This document shows positions 1-10,267 of a DNA stretch of 64,000 nucleotides, piece by piece. Origin of the DNA: Octopus vulgaris (taxonomy: Eukaryota); contig OX597822.1 of assembly GCA_951406725.2 (NCBI GenBank), forward strand, positions 15,996,001 through 16,060,000, read 5' to 3'. The notes under the pieces are model-generated. The model had not been told where the DNA came from. It ran no database searches and worked only from the letters and a program-made list of their open reading frames with translations. A program made the translations under genes and the position numbers. Position 1 is the stretch's first letter. The number at the start of each line of letters is the position of its first letter.

Positions 1-832
1 ATATTAATATGTGTGAGTGTGTGTGTGTATTTGTATGTGTGTGTGTGTGTGTCTTTTATATTTTCTTGTATCTTTTACTAGTTTGAATCTAAGAGATGTG
101 GCCATGCTGGGACATCGCTATTAGTTTGTTACACTTTCACCACTTGAAACCTCCTCTGATATGCGGCATTTGGTGACGCACACATAGCCATGTGCCAATA
201 TGCTTCCATACACGTACACTGAGATACCCCTACTCACGAACAATCACACGTGTATGCACAATTCAATCGGGTAGCCACAGTATGTTGTTCACTTAGACTG
301 TGTGGCTTCACGTGCAACCATATATCATCAGTTATTCTCTGATATAATTGAAAGAATACTTACAACTGTAAATATACCGGAACAGAAAAAATAGTCTAAA
401 TGGATTTTGTATTTGATTCCCTTCCATGATAAAGATTCAGTTAAGCGGGTAACTATATACGTTCCTCTTTAAACATAGTTTTCAACATTTGGCCGTTTAG
501 GCGCAGCGGAAACAAAAACATAATGAATAAGGGTTTTAATTTTCATGGGTAATTGTGTTGAAATCTTGCTTGAGCACATTCGCTTTATGAAGTAAATGTG
601 GTATAAATTCCAAGGAAGAAGTGGTGGCAGATGTATAATAAACAAAAAAAAAACTGCTTTCGAATGGTTCTTTACATTCATTACTACACATGTGATCATG
701 GAATCATTTTGAAAATCAAAAATTTGAGCAAAAGATGTAGCTGAGAGAGAGAATTTGCAATTCTTTGCTCTCTACAAATTGATATCTACTTTATTGCTCT
801 CAAAATAAGCGTGGGATTTCTACGAATATTGC

Positions 833-873
833 GAATAATAATAATAATAATAACAATAATAAAAATAATAATG

Positions 874-935
<62 letters not shown>
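833..935. repeat. (AAT)n microsatellite
   Basis: Directly visible run of aataataat with few interruptions. Confidence 0.95.
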
Positions 936-937
<2 letters not shown>

Positions 938-1296
938 CTTCGTGAAGCACTGCAAAAGAAATTTATTTACCATCGTCTGTGTTTATTTAGTCTAATTGAT
1001 GTTTTCATTTTCTCTTCACTGGCCAGCGTGGGTGTTTCTGGAATTATTAAACATTCTTTGTTTTCTATGTAGCGGAAGGTATCATTAAGAATTTCGGAAG
1101 AAAACAAGATTCCTGTGCATAATGGTTTAACAAGATAAGTAATATTCTTTATGCTTTTCTCTTCATTATATACTTTTTAGTGAAAATATAACAGCGGGAG
1201 AATCACGCATGGTTAATATATGTGTGCGTGTGCGTGCGTGTGTGTGCGTGTGCGTACGTGTGTGTGCGTGCATGCGTGTGTGTGTGTGTGTATGTA

Positions 1297-1535
1297 TACT
1301 CTTTTACTCTTCTAGTTGTCTCAGTCATGTGACTGCGGCCATGCTAGAGCAACACCTTTAGTCGAACAAATCGACCCAAGGACTCGTTTTTTGTAAGCCT
1401 AGTACTTATTCCATCGGTTTCTTTTGCCGAACCGCTAGGTTACGCAAACGTTAACACTCCAGCTTCGGTCGTCAAACGATGGTAAGGGAACAAACACTGA
1501 CACACAAACGTATACACACTATACTCTCACACACA

Positions 1536-1609
<74 letters not shown>

Positions 1610-1773
1610 CGACGGGCTTCTTTCAGTTTCCGTCTACCAAATCCATTCACAAAGCTTTGGTCGGCCCGAGGCTAAAGGAGAAGACAATTTCAGAAGGTTC
1701 CACGGAGTGGGACTGAACCCGGGACCATGTGATTGGTAATGAAGCTACTTACCACACAGCCACTCCTACGCCT
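1297..1773 (-). mobile_element. tRNA-derived SINE (family A), near full length, with internal (TA)/(CA) microsatellite
   Basis: Minus strand starts GGCGTAGGAGTGGCTGTGTGGTAAG (A-box-like) ... GGGTTCAGTCCC (B-box-like) and ends ...AGCATGGCCGCAGTCACATGACTGAGACAACTAGAAGAGTAAAAGAGTA. Homologous pieces lie at 9066-9820, 39211-39412, 54049-54160 and 63790-63915. Confidence 0.85.
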
Positions 1774-1778
1774 ATATA

Positions 1779-1827
<49 letters not shown>

Positions 1828-2454
1828 GTGCGTGTGTATGTGTGTGTGTAGACACAGAAACGGCACATATACACATACATATATAAATTTATTCTACGCC
1901 ACCAAATACAGTCCCTAGATTGTGTCACTCCAGAGCTTAGACTCGAACTAAAACCATTTTGTACAAAGGGAACTTTTAACGAGATAACTATTTTTATTTG
2001 TTTATCTATCTATTATTTCTTTTAAGTCTCGTGTCATAATTACTGGTTAATTGTATATATTCATTAAGTTCGTCGATCTTTGTAAAGGTTATTTATAAAT
2101 GCTAAAACATTAGTAACTATACCAGTATTATTCATGTGGTATTAATATGTAAATTATACTGTGTACAGTCACTACAACAATCAAGAATATAGAAAAAAGC
2201 AGAGTATAGCGAATACTAGTCCGCTTATTACGAGTGTGAAACTATAAATGATACCTTACAATTATAATATACTGACTTTTAATAATGTTTCTGCGCATTA
2301 TGAAATCCGTCACTGGACACTGAAGAAAGAAACATTACTCAACGTATTTTGTGTAAACAATTTTACTCAAATATATCTCTAATTAACAACAAATAAAAAC
2401 ATGAAACGAGATAAGTAGCGTATAGTGAATAGCATATATATATATATATATATG

Positions 2455-2670
2455 TAACGGGAAGCTTTATGAAAATAGACAAAAGACGAAGGCAGGTGGA
2501 AAACAAACAAACAATTGTATTAGTATGGCGCTCAGGAAATATAAATAAAACAAGTCTTTAACGTTTCGAGCCTACGCTCTTCAACAGAAAGATACACAGA
2601 GAGAAAAAAAACACAGAAAGAAGGAGAGAAAAAAAATGCGTGCAGTAACTAACGAATCAACATGGCGATC
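2455..2670 (-). mobile_element. Solo Penelope-like terminal-repeat fragment with a hammerhead-like motif, between (TA)n runs
   Basis: Homologous to 15765-15880, the end of a GIY-YIG element. Minus strand reads TCTTT-CTGTTGA-AGAGC GTAG GCTC-GAAACGTT-AAAGA. Confidence 0.6.
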
Positions 2671-3081
2671 TATATATATGTATATATATATATATATTGT
2701 TTTAGAATTGGGATTGCACGATTCATGCGTGTTGCAAGAAATTTTGTTGTATCTCGTGAAGAATTCTGCGCCAATTTTAAACACGCACGCGTTCTATTTC
2801 TACTCAACTCTTCACAGCTGTGCTCTTGTCTGTGCTCTTGACGTCCATGCTTCTTCCTCTATATCTACGTATTGGGCTAGCCTACTTTATCGTCTGGGGC
2901 CGTCCACACAAGAGTAATACAAAATCATTTCACCAAAACATGCAATCTCTACTTTTATAAGTAGGTTGTTACATCCTTGGTACTTGTGTGAATTTTTGCA
3001 ACCCAAGTAACTATTTATTTAGTTTTTACGTGGTATTTGTAAACATTGAAAAAATACACATACATACATATATATATATAC

Positions 3082-3113
<32 letters not shown>

Positions 3114-3659
3114 ATATACATAAATATGTATGTATGTGTGCATGTATATATATTAATAAACAGAAATATTTCACGGATGGAGATTTTATATTTTATTAAT
3201 GCATTGCAATATATGTTTCGGCATGACACGTATTTTTACGAGACCGTGTCATGTGTATTTCTTCACGCTATATATATATATATAAATATTTATTTATTTA
3301 TCCTGCGCCACACGGACGAATGCCCAAATAACAATCCCATACAGTTAACGCAGCATGATGGGAATAAAGTAGGATAACCTGCAACAAATAGCACAGAGCT
3401 TTTAATGAGCGCTCTGGCAGACATCTGTTACATACAAAATACAAACACTAATAGGCACACTGATACTAACAACACTAGCTACAACTAATAATACCTATAC
3501 TTCAACTACTAATAGGACTAGCAATAATATTAATACTAGCACAAATGGCAATATTACCATTACTGAAAATAGTACTACTACTAACGCTCCTACCACAAAC
3601 GCTACTACTAATATTTGCAATAATAACATCACTAATACCATCTCCACTACCACAGCTAA

Positions 3660-3893
3660 TATGACGGATTTTGTCCTTATTTTGTTTGTTGTTAACACAA
3701 CGTTTCGGCTGATATACCCTCCAGCCTTCTTCAGGTGTCTTGGGCAAGTTTCGAACTAATAACAACATCGAAAAATACCTTAGGAATAAGAACCTAGGTT
3801 CGAAGCTTCCGCAAGAAATCCGATGAAGGTTGGAGGGTGTATCAACCGCAACATTGTGTTAACAACAAACAAGATGAGGACAAAATCCGTCAA
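3660..3893. repeat. Inverted repeat (arms ~3660-3755 and ~3798-3893) carrying a minimal hammerhead-like motif; probable Penelope-like pseudo-LTR remnant
   Basis: TGACGGATTTTGTCC at 3662 is the reverse complement of GGACAAAATCCGTCA at 3878; the arms are diverged. Confidence 0.75.
3694..3738 (-). ncRNA. Minimal type I hammerhead ribozyme-like motif
   Basis: Minus strand ACAC-CTGAAGA-AGGCTG gagggtatat CAGCC-GAAACGTT-GTGT: CUGANGA core, stem II, GAAA, palindromic stem III (AACGTT), stem I ACAC/GTGT. Confidence 0.65.
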
Positions 3894-4874
3894 AAATGGA
3901 ATTAATGGAAATAATGGAAATAATGGAAATGAAAGATGTTTTTTTCTGGCTAGAAGACTTTTCTTCCTACAGACGTGTCCTTTGAATTTATACGGCTTCA
4001 GTTCTCAGTCAGCCTTCATATACAGTAAGCATCAACGAGGCAGACACACAAATCCTATTTATTGGAATCGAGTTTAAAGCAAATGGTTCTATCCGACGGT
4101 CATTACCTTCAAGATGTGTATTATATTGGCTACTGATGACAAAAATTATTTCCAGTTGCAACACAAATTAGTATAGAAATTTTTGGTCGATTATTCCTTG
4201 AATTTACTATTAATATATTTATGAATACAATTTGGTTTAAAATTCAGAAATTACCTTATAATTTTCAAATTTTCAAATTATTCCTCATTCTTCGTTGTTT
4301 CAGTCAACCATTTCTGAGGAATCGACGTAAGCAGGATGTAAATTATCGCCAATTTTTTTTTAAAGTCTCATCCAAAATGCAGTAAATTTATGTGGTTATA
4401 TACATATTTCAGTAATTATATACCTGGCAACGCTGGACAATACAGAGGATATATACAGTATATATATATATAGGTTTATATATGTCTATATAAGCATAAT
4501 CATATACCTATGTGTATGTATGTATGTATGTATATGTATATATATAATCAAAATAAGCAACAAGAATATCTTCAGTAATTTGGTACGTGTGTGTGTGAGA
4601 GAGAAAGAGAGTGTGTAAAGGAAGATGAAGAGCAAGAAAGTTCTGCGCACACGTTAATTTGACTACATTCAATATTAGCTAGATTGGTCTTTCAGCACAC
4701 ACATTGAGAAGACTTAATTATTATATGGTGCTAATATTGATAAAGTAAAAATATATTTAGGGCAGAACTAATATGCTTAATCAATTTTGTAGAAGCTTAC
4801 CAATAAAAGATATTTAAAAAATGCAAAATTAAGATTTCTAGTTATTCAAATATTAACGAGATTCTAAAGTGTTA

Positions 4875-5046
4875 ATAACGCATAATGCTTTCTTTAAAAT
4901 AGAAAATTTGTGAAATTTTTATACATCGCTGGAAATCTCACGCTGGACAATGAAGAGAAGAAACTTAATACTGTGGTTAGACAGAAAAATCACATACTCT
5001 AATCACATTGAATTCTAACAAATGCTTAATTAACCTCTAATTAAGA
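4875..5046 (+). repeat. Old unclassified dispersed repeat (CACGCTGGACAAT family)
   Basis: Aligns by eye to 17678-17856 and more weakly to 14275-14455 and 4380-4450 (AAAATAGA.AATTTGTGA...CACGCTGGACAAT.AAGAGA...TAATTAA.CTCTAATTAAG). Confidence 0.6.
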
Positions 5047-5235
5047 TATGGATTTTGGTGGAACTAACGTATCGTCAATGCACTTTATGTTTTTCTGCAT
5101 GCACACACACCCGCACATCCACTCATATATATATATGTATACATATCTGTATGTGGGTTCGTGTACATGACTGTCTTATGTGTGTCTACGTATAGACATA
5201 AAGAGATTGCTACATAGATACGTACACACTGTACG

Positions 5236-5266
<31 letters not shown>

Positions 5267-5267
5267 G

Positions 5268-5335
<68 letters not shown>

Positions 5336-5857
5336 AAAACCTATTTATATATATTGTTATATTTCGGAATGGTCATTTTGCCAGTTTAGTCAATAAAAAC
5401 ACACGCACTATATATTTGGTCTTACTTTGCTTCAGTGTTATTCATTTTTTACATTAAACTTAATCTTATTTCGGCCAGAGTTCTTTCGTCACACTCCTGT
5501 GACCACATCAGTGGTCCTTTGCTTTCTTCTTTCTTCTTTGTGTCTCTCCTTACTAACCATCAGCCATTTTGTATTAATCCCTATTAGAAAATGTGCTAAT
5601 ATGTATATGTGTGTATGTAAAATAAGACTTTCCTCCAAAAATAGCAATAAAATACATTTATTAGAATTGGATACAAACTCAGTCCAGGACAACTACATGG
5701 TTGACCAAGATAGCATGTATTATCCTAAATTCATATGCAGAAATATAACAGAATGTGTGACTATCATATCTATAGATATATATGTATTGTAAATATATAT
5801 ATTCATCTAATCTACTCTCATTTATCAATACAAACACATACACTTATATATATATAA

Positions 5858-5889
<32 letters not shown>

Positions 5890-6054
5890 TTGTGTGTGTG
5901 TGTAATGAACCACGTATACTTAATGTATGTGCTTCATGTATTTGCCAGTAGGCTATAAATATATATATATATACATATTGTATATATTACATTTTTTTAT
6001 CAAAAGAGATATATAAAAATCTATTTACACACACACACACACACGCACACCCAC

Positions 6055-6086
<32 letters not shown>

Positions 6087-6148
6087 CCTGGTTTATGGAA
6101 AAGTAAAAGAAGACTACTTGCCACAAAATCTTGCACAACAGATATATT

Positions 6149-6207
<59 letters not shown>

Positions 6208-6732
6208 AGAGAGATGACTAGATAGATACACTCACGTATACGTACCCATGTAGACACACATACATGTTTATATATATATATATATCTCTTATTATAAAAG
6301 GCAGATTTTATCTGCCTCCCTTTGTCAGCTATAGAAATCTACAATATAGGATTTCTTCAATTACAATTTACCTAGCATTTTTAAGAGTAGAATGCATCGG
6401 GTCGTGCCAGGTCCACTTTTTAAAATTTCAACCCCAATTAAGCAAAATTTAGAGAAAACTCACATTGTGGTGTATGAGTCAAATGCTTCTCTTAGTGTGG
6501 GATACAGCACACGCAAACGCACACACACAGTGTGCAACGAATAAAGCGAAAGTAATTCACTTTCTGTAGTGAGTGACTCTTTCACTCTGCCTCCCACTTC
6601 CTCTTTACACACATAGACACGCAAATATATAAATAAAATTGTAAGCTAACGTGCGTGTGTGTGTGTGTGTGTGTGCGTGTGTGTGTGTGAGGGTGCGTGT
6701 GTGTGTGTGCGTGTGCGTGAGTGTGTGACAGG

Positions 6733-7400
6733 AAAGTTTTTTAGGACGAATATAAGACCTATATCCAAGTAGCAGAAAGATCGCCCAAAAGTGTATATAG
6801 ATATTTAAATGTATTTATATATTCATCTATCCACAGATGTATGTATAATGTGTGTGTATATATTTCCATAGAGGTAACCTTTCACTCCATACAAAGTTTT
6901 TTAGGACGAATATAACATCTAAAGTATATACAAGTAGCAGAAAGATCGCCCAAAAGTGTATATAGATATTTAAATGTATTTATATATTCATCTATACACA
7001 GATGTATGTATAACGTGTGTGTATATATTTCTATAGACGTAACCATTCACTCCGCACAAAGTTTTTAGGACGAAAATAAGATCTAAAGTTATCTCTAAGT
7101 AGCACAAAGATCGCCCAAAAGTGTATATAGATATATAAATGTATTTATATATTCATCTATGCACACATGTATATAACGTGTGTGTGTATATTTCCATAGA
7201 GGTAACCATTCACTCCATAGTTTTTAGGACGAAAATAAGATAAACTTATCTCTAAGAAACAGAAAGATCGCCCAAAAGTGTATATAGATATTTAAATGTA
7301 TTTATATATTCATCTATACACACATGTATGTATAATGTGCGTGTATATATTTCCATAGAGGTAACCATTCAATCCATACAAAGTTTTTTAGAACGAAAAT
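6733..7400 (+). repeat. Tandem minisatellite, ~160-165 bp unit, four copies plus a partial fifth, inside the Helitron
   Basis: AAAGTTTTTAGGACGAA...AAAGATCGCCCAAAAGTGTATATAGATA...GTAACC.TTCACTCC recurs at ~6733, 6892, 7057, 7219 and 7380. Confidence 0.9.
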
Positions 7401-7648
7401 ATTTATATATAAAAGAAAGGTTGTGTGTCTGTCTACTCCGATTTAGATTCCTAACTACTCCCACATTTTGCGATGCAGTTTAACCAAAACCGGGTATCTT
7501 ATAGTCGTGATTCATATCGAGCCCTTCTGGGTATTAGCGCGCGTCTACAATGAGTCTATGATTTTACAAATAATTTACCATCATTTTTTTCCATTTTAAT
7601 GCATATTTATTTTAATAAAGGGAAGTAACTCTCAAACTTCACACCAAT

Positions 7649-8170
7649 ATGCGTGCTCATATGCGACGTAATATCACATCAGCAGCATTTCCTCACACCC
7701 TCCTTGCACTTGGCGAAGGCAAAATACCAGGGGATGAAAATGGTAATATTGCCATCGATTCCATTTGTACCATTGTTAAGACGCCTTCTGATCTCAGAGA
7801 TGCAGTGTTCCCAGATCTACAAGCTAATTATCAGAATATGGATTGGATTGGCAAAAAGGCTATACTGGCCCCGAGGAATAAAACTGTTCACCATATTAAT
7901 GATGAAATGCTAAAACTCATTCCTGGGGAAGTCTATGTATATCAGTCTATCGATACAACTCCTGACCCAGAGGACGTCATCAACTATCCAATAGAGGTAC
8001 TCAATTCCTTTGAGCACCCCGGACTACCACCACACTTTCTCAAACTTAAAGTTGGTGCCCCTATAATGCTCATCAGAAATTTGGTTCCCCCAAAACCATG
8101 CAATGGCACACGTTTGATCGTTAAGTCCTTATCTCCCACCGTAAGCTTATATCAGTATTTGCCTGAATAA
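7649..8170 (+). pseudogene. Helitron RepHel PIF1-family (SF1B) helicase C-terminal fragment
   Basis: Motifs KAILAPRN..V..IN, YPIEVLNS..HPGLPPH.LKLKVGAPIMLIRNL and CNGTRL are typical of Helitron PIF1 helicases. Truncated at both ends. Confidence 0.9.
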
Positions 8171-8271
8171 TCATCATAATTCAGTGCAATCATTAACAGT
8201 ACTTTCAAGCAATTCAGCCCCGAGCAACGCCGGGCAATTCTGCTAGTATATATATATATATATATGTATAA

Positions 8272-8313
<42 letters not shown>

Positions 8314-8316
8314 GGG

Positions 8317-8365
<49 letters not shown>

Positions 8366-8374
8366 GGATAGATG

Positions 8375-8457
<83 letters not shown>
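8272..8457. repeat. (GATA)n microsatellite
   Basis: Directly visible. Confidence 0.95.
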
Positions 8458-9065
8458 TTGTGTATGTCTATATCGCAATCAGTAATCTACAGTTAGAAAT
8501 AGATGCGCTCTGTTCTCCTACCCATTGAAGAATTTTACTGTAGAAAGTTATTTAAATATAAAGAATTATCATTTTTTTACTCTACAGGAAAAAAACAATA
8601 CACCTTGTAAGATAGTAAAAAAAATATTACGTTGAATAAACCATTTCATATTGATAGATGTTAACCATTTATTCTAAAAGGAAGCTTGGAGTAAACAACA
8701 TACATTTCGAACTGGGAGCAGTTTGATTTAGACGAACTCATGCTTAGTTTATTTATTTTCAGGTGCTGCAAGTACAGCACGAATTAAATGTAAGTACAGC
8801 AGAATAGTAGCAGAGCTGGCTGCCATCATTCCTCGATTTAATATAAGTTCCCACCTAACATGTCAGAAAACAAAGCTGACCGTTGATCAACATTGAAACT
8901 AAATTCCCTGAGCAGGAATCTGAGTTTGTGCTTTCAAAAATCTGCATGAAAAAACATCAAGACCTTGGATGGCTGGTTGATTAAAGTATTATCTAACGTA
9001 TTCATGCGTTGCCGTAACTTCGAAACCTGTATTTGACTCGATATTTTCCAGACCGACATAGACGT

Positions 9066-9820
9066 CTTTTCTTCTACTTGTTTCAGTGATTAGACTGCGG
9101 CCATACTGGAGCCCCGCCTTGAAGACGTTTTAGTCAAATGAATCGACCCCAGTCCCTTTCTTTATTTGTTTGCTCCTTCTCAAGCCATGCCTGGCTCACA
9201 AGGGCCGGTTTCCCAGTTTCCTTGACGTATAGGTTCCCCAACTGGACGGGACACCGGTCCATCACAGGCGTGCTGCAAGATGCAAGTGGAAAGAGTGAGT
9301 GAAAGTTGAGGCGAAAGAGTCAGCAGAAGTTCGCCATTACCTTCTGCCGGAGCCGCGTGGAGCTTAGGTGTTCCGCTCATAAACACACACATCGCACGGT
9401 CTGAGATTCGAACCCGCAATCCCACGACAGTGAGTCCGCTGCTCTAACCACTAGGCCATGTGCCTCCCTTTCTTTATGCCTGGTGCTTATTCTGTTGCAC
9501 TCTTGTGCCGAACTGTTATGTCATGAGGGTGTAAATACATCAAGATCAGTTGTCAAGTAGCGGTGGTGGACACACAAACATAGACACACATATATACACA
9601 CACAGAAACACACACACCGCACACACACACACACACATACATACATATATATATATATACCAACGGGCTTTCATTTTAATTTCCGTCTACCAAATAAACT
9701 CACAAATCTTTGGTCGCCCGGGGGGATTGCAGAAGACATTTGCCCAAGTTGCGACAGATGGGAGCTGAACCCTGCATCGTATATGGTTGGGGAGCAAGCT
9801 TCTCTCCATACAGCCAAGCA
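9066..9820 (-). mobile_element. SINE family A copy, interrupted by a nested SINE
   Basis: Tail at 9066-9165, body at 9478-9580 and head at 9660-9820 match 1297-1773. Confidence 0.8.
9166..9468 (-). mobile_element. tRNA-derived SINE (family B), nested, with 13-bp target-site duplication
   Basis: Minus strand GGGAGGCACATGGCCTAGTGGTTAGAGC (A box) ... GGGTTCGAATCTC (B box). Flanking direct repeat TCCCTTTCTTTAT at 9153-9165 and 9465-9477. Confidence 0.88.
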
Positions 9821-10267
9821 TGTTTTTTACTGAAAATATGGCAAAGTGCACAGAGGAAGACTCTAACAATTAAAGATCCTCGATTGCCTCAATAACAATG
9901 AATTTTGCACAATTTTACACTAAAACCTGTGGCACTGATAATGCCTCGGTAGAAACTGGAATGTCAAAGATTATCCTTATGGGGAGGCACGGTGTATATC
10001 GATTGTATGGATGGTGATCTCAGAAACGAAACTTTTTTTACTATGTTTTATGAACTGTTATCTTTTCCAACAATTATAAAATTAAATGTCTTTTTCTTGC
10101 ACTGCTACCATGCTAGAACACTGCATGGTAAATACATATACATACATTTGTATGTGTTTGTGTGAGTGCGTATGTGTTGTGCTTGCATCAGTATGCGTAT
10201 ATATATATAAATATGCGCGTACATAAATGTGTGTATTAATATGTGTATATATATATGCATATATAGA

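Larger units (their letters stand above)
6285..8246 (+). mobile_element. Non-autonomous Helitron with internal minisatellite and PIF1 helicase fragment
   Basis: 5' A|TC at 6285; 3' hairpin CCCG-AGCAACGC-CGGG (8219-8234) followed by CTAG|T at 8243-8246; no TSD. These are the canonical Helitron ends. Confidence 0.85.

Noticed and set aside
469-699. 76-aa ORF with faint transposase-like look
   Set aside because: No convincing catalytic motif or TIRs.
6733-7400. Possible CRISPR-like array
   Set aside because: Whole ~160-bp units are homologous with no unique spacers, the context is eukaryotic and there are no cas genes.
7649-8170. Host PIF1 helicase gene
   Set aside because: Intronless truncated fragment enclosed by Helitron termini.
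9396-9468. tRNA gene
   Set aside because: A and B boxes are present, but the sequence continues into a SINE body and is flanked by a TSD. It is a SINE head.
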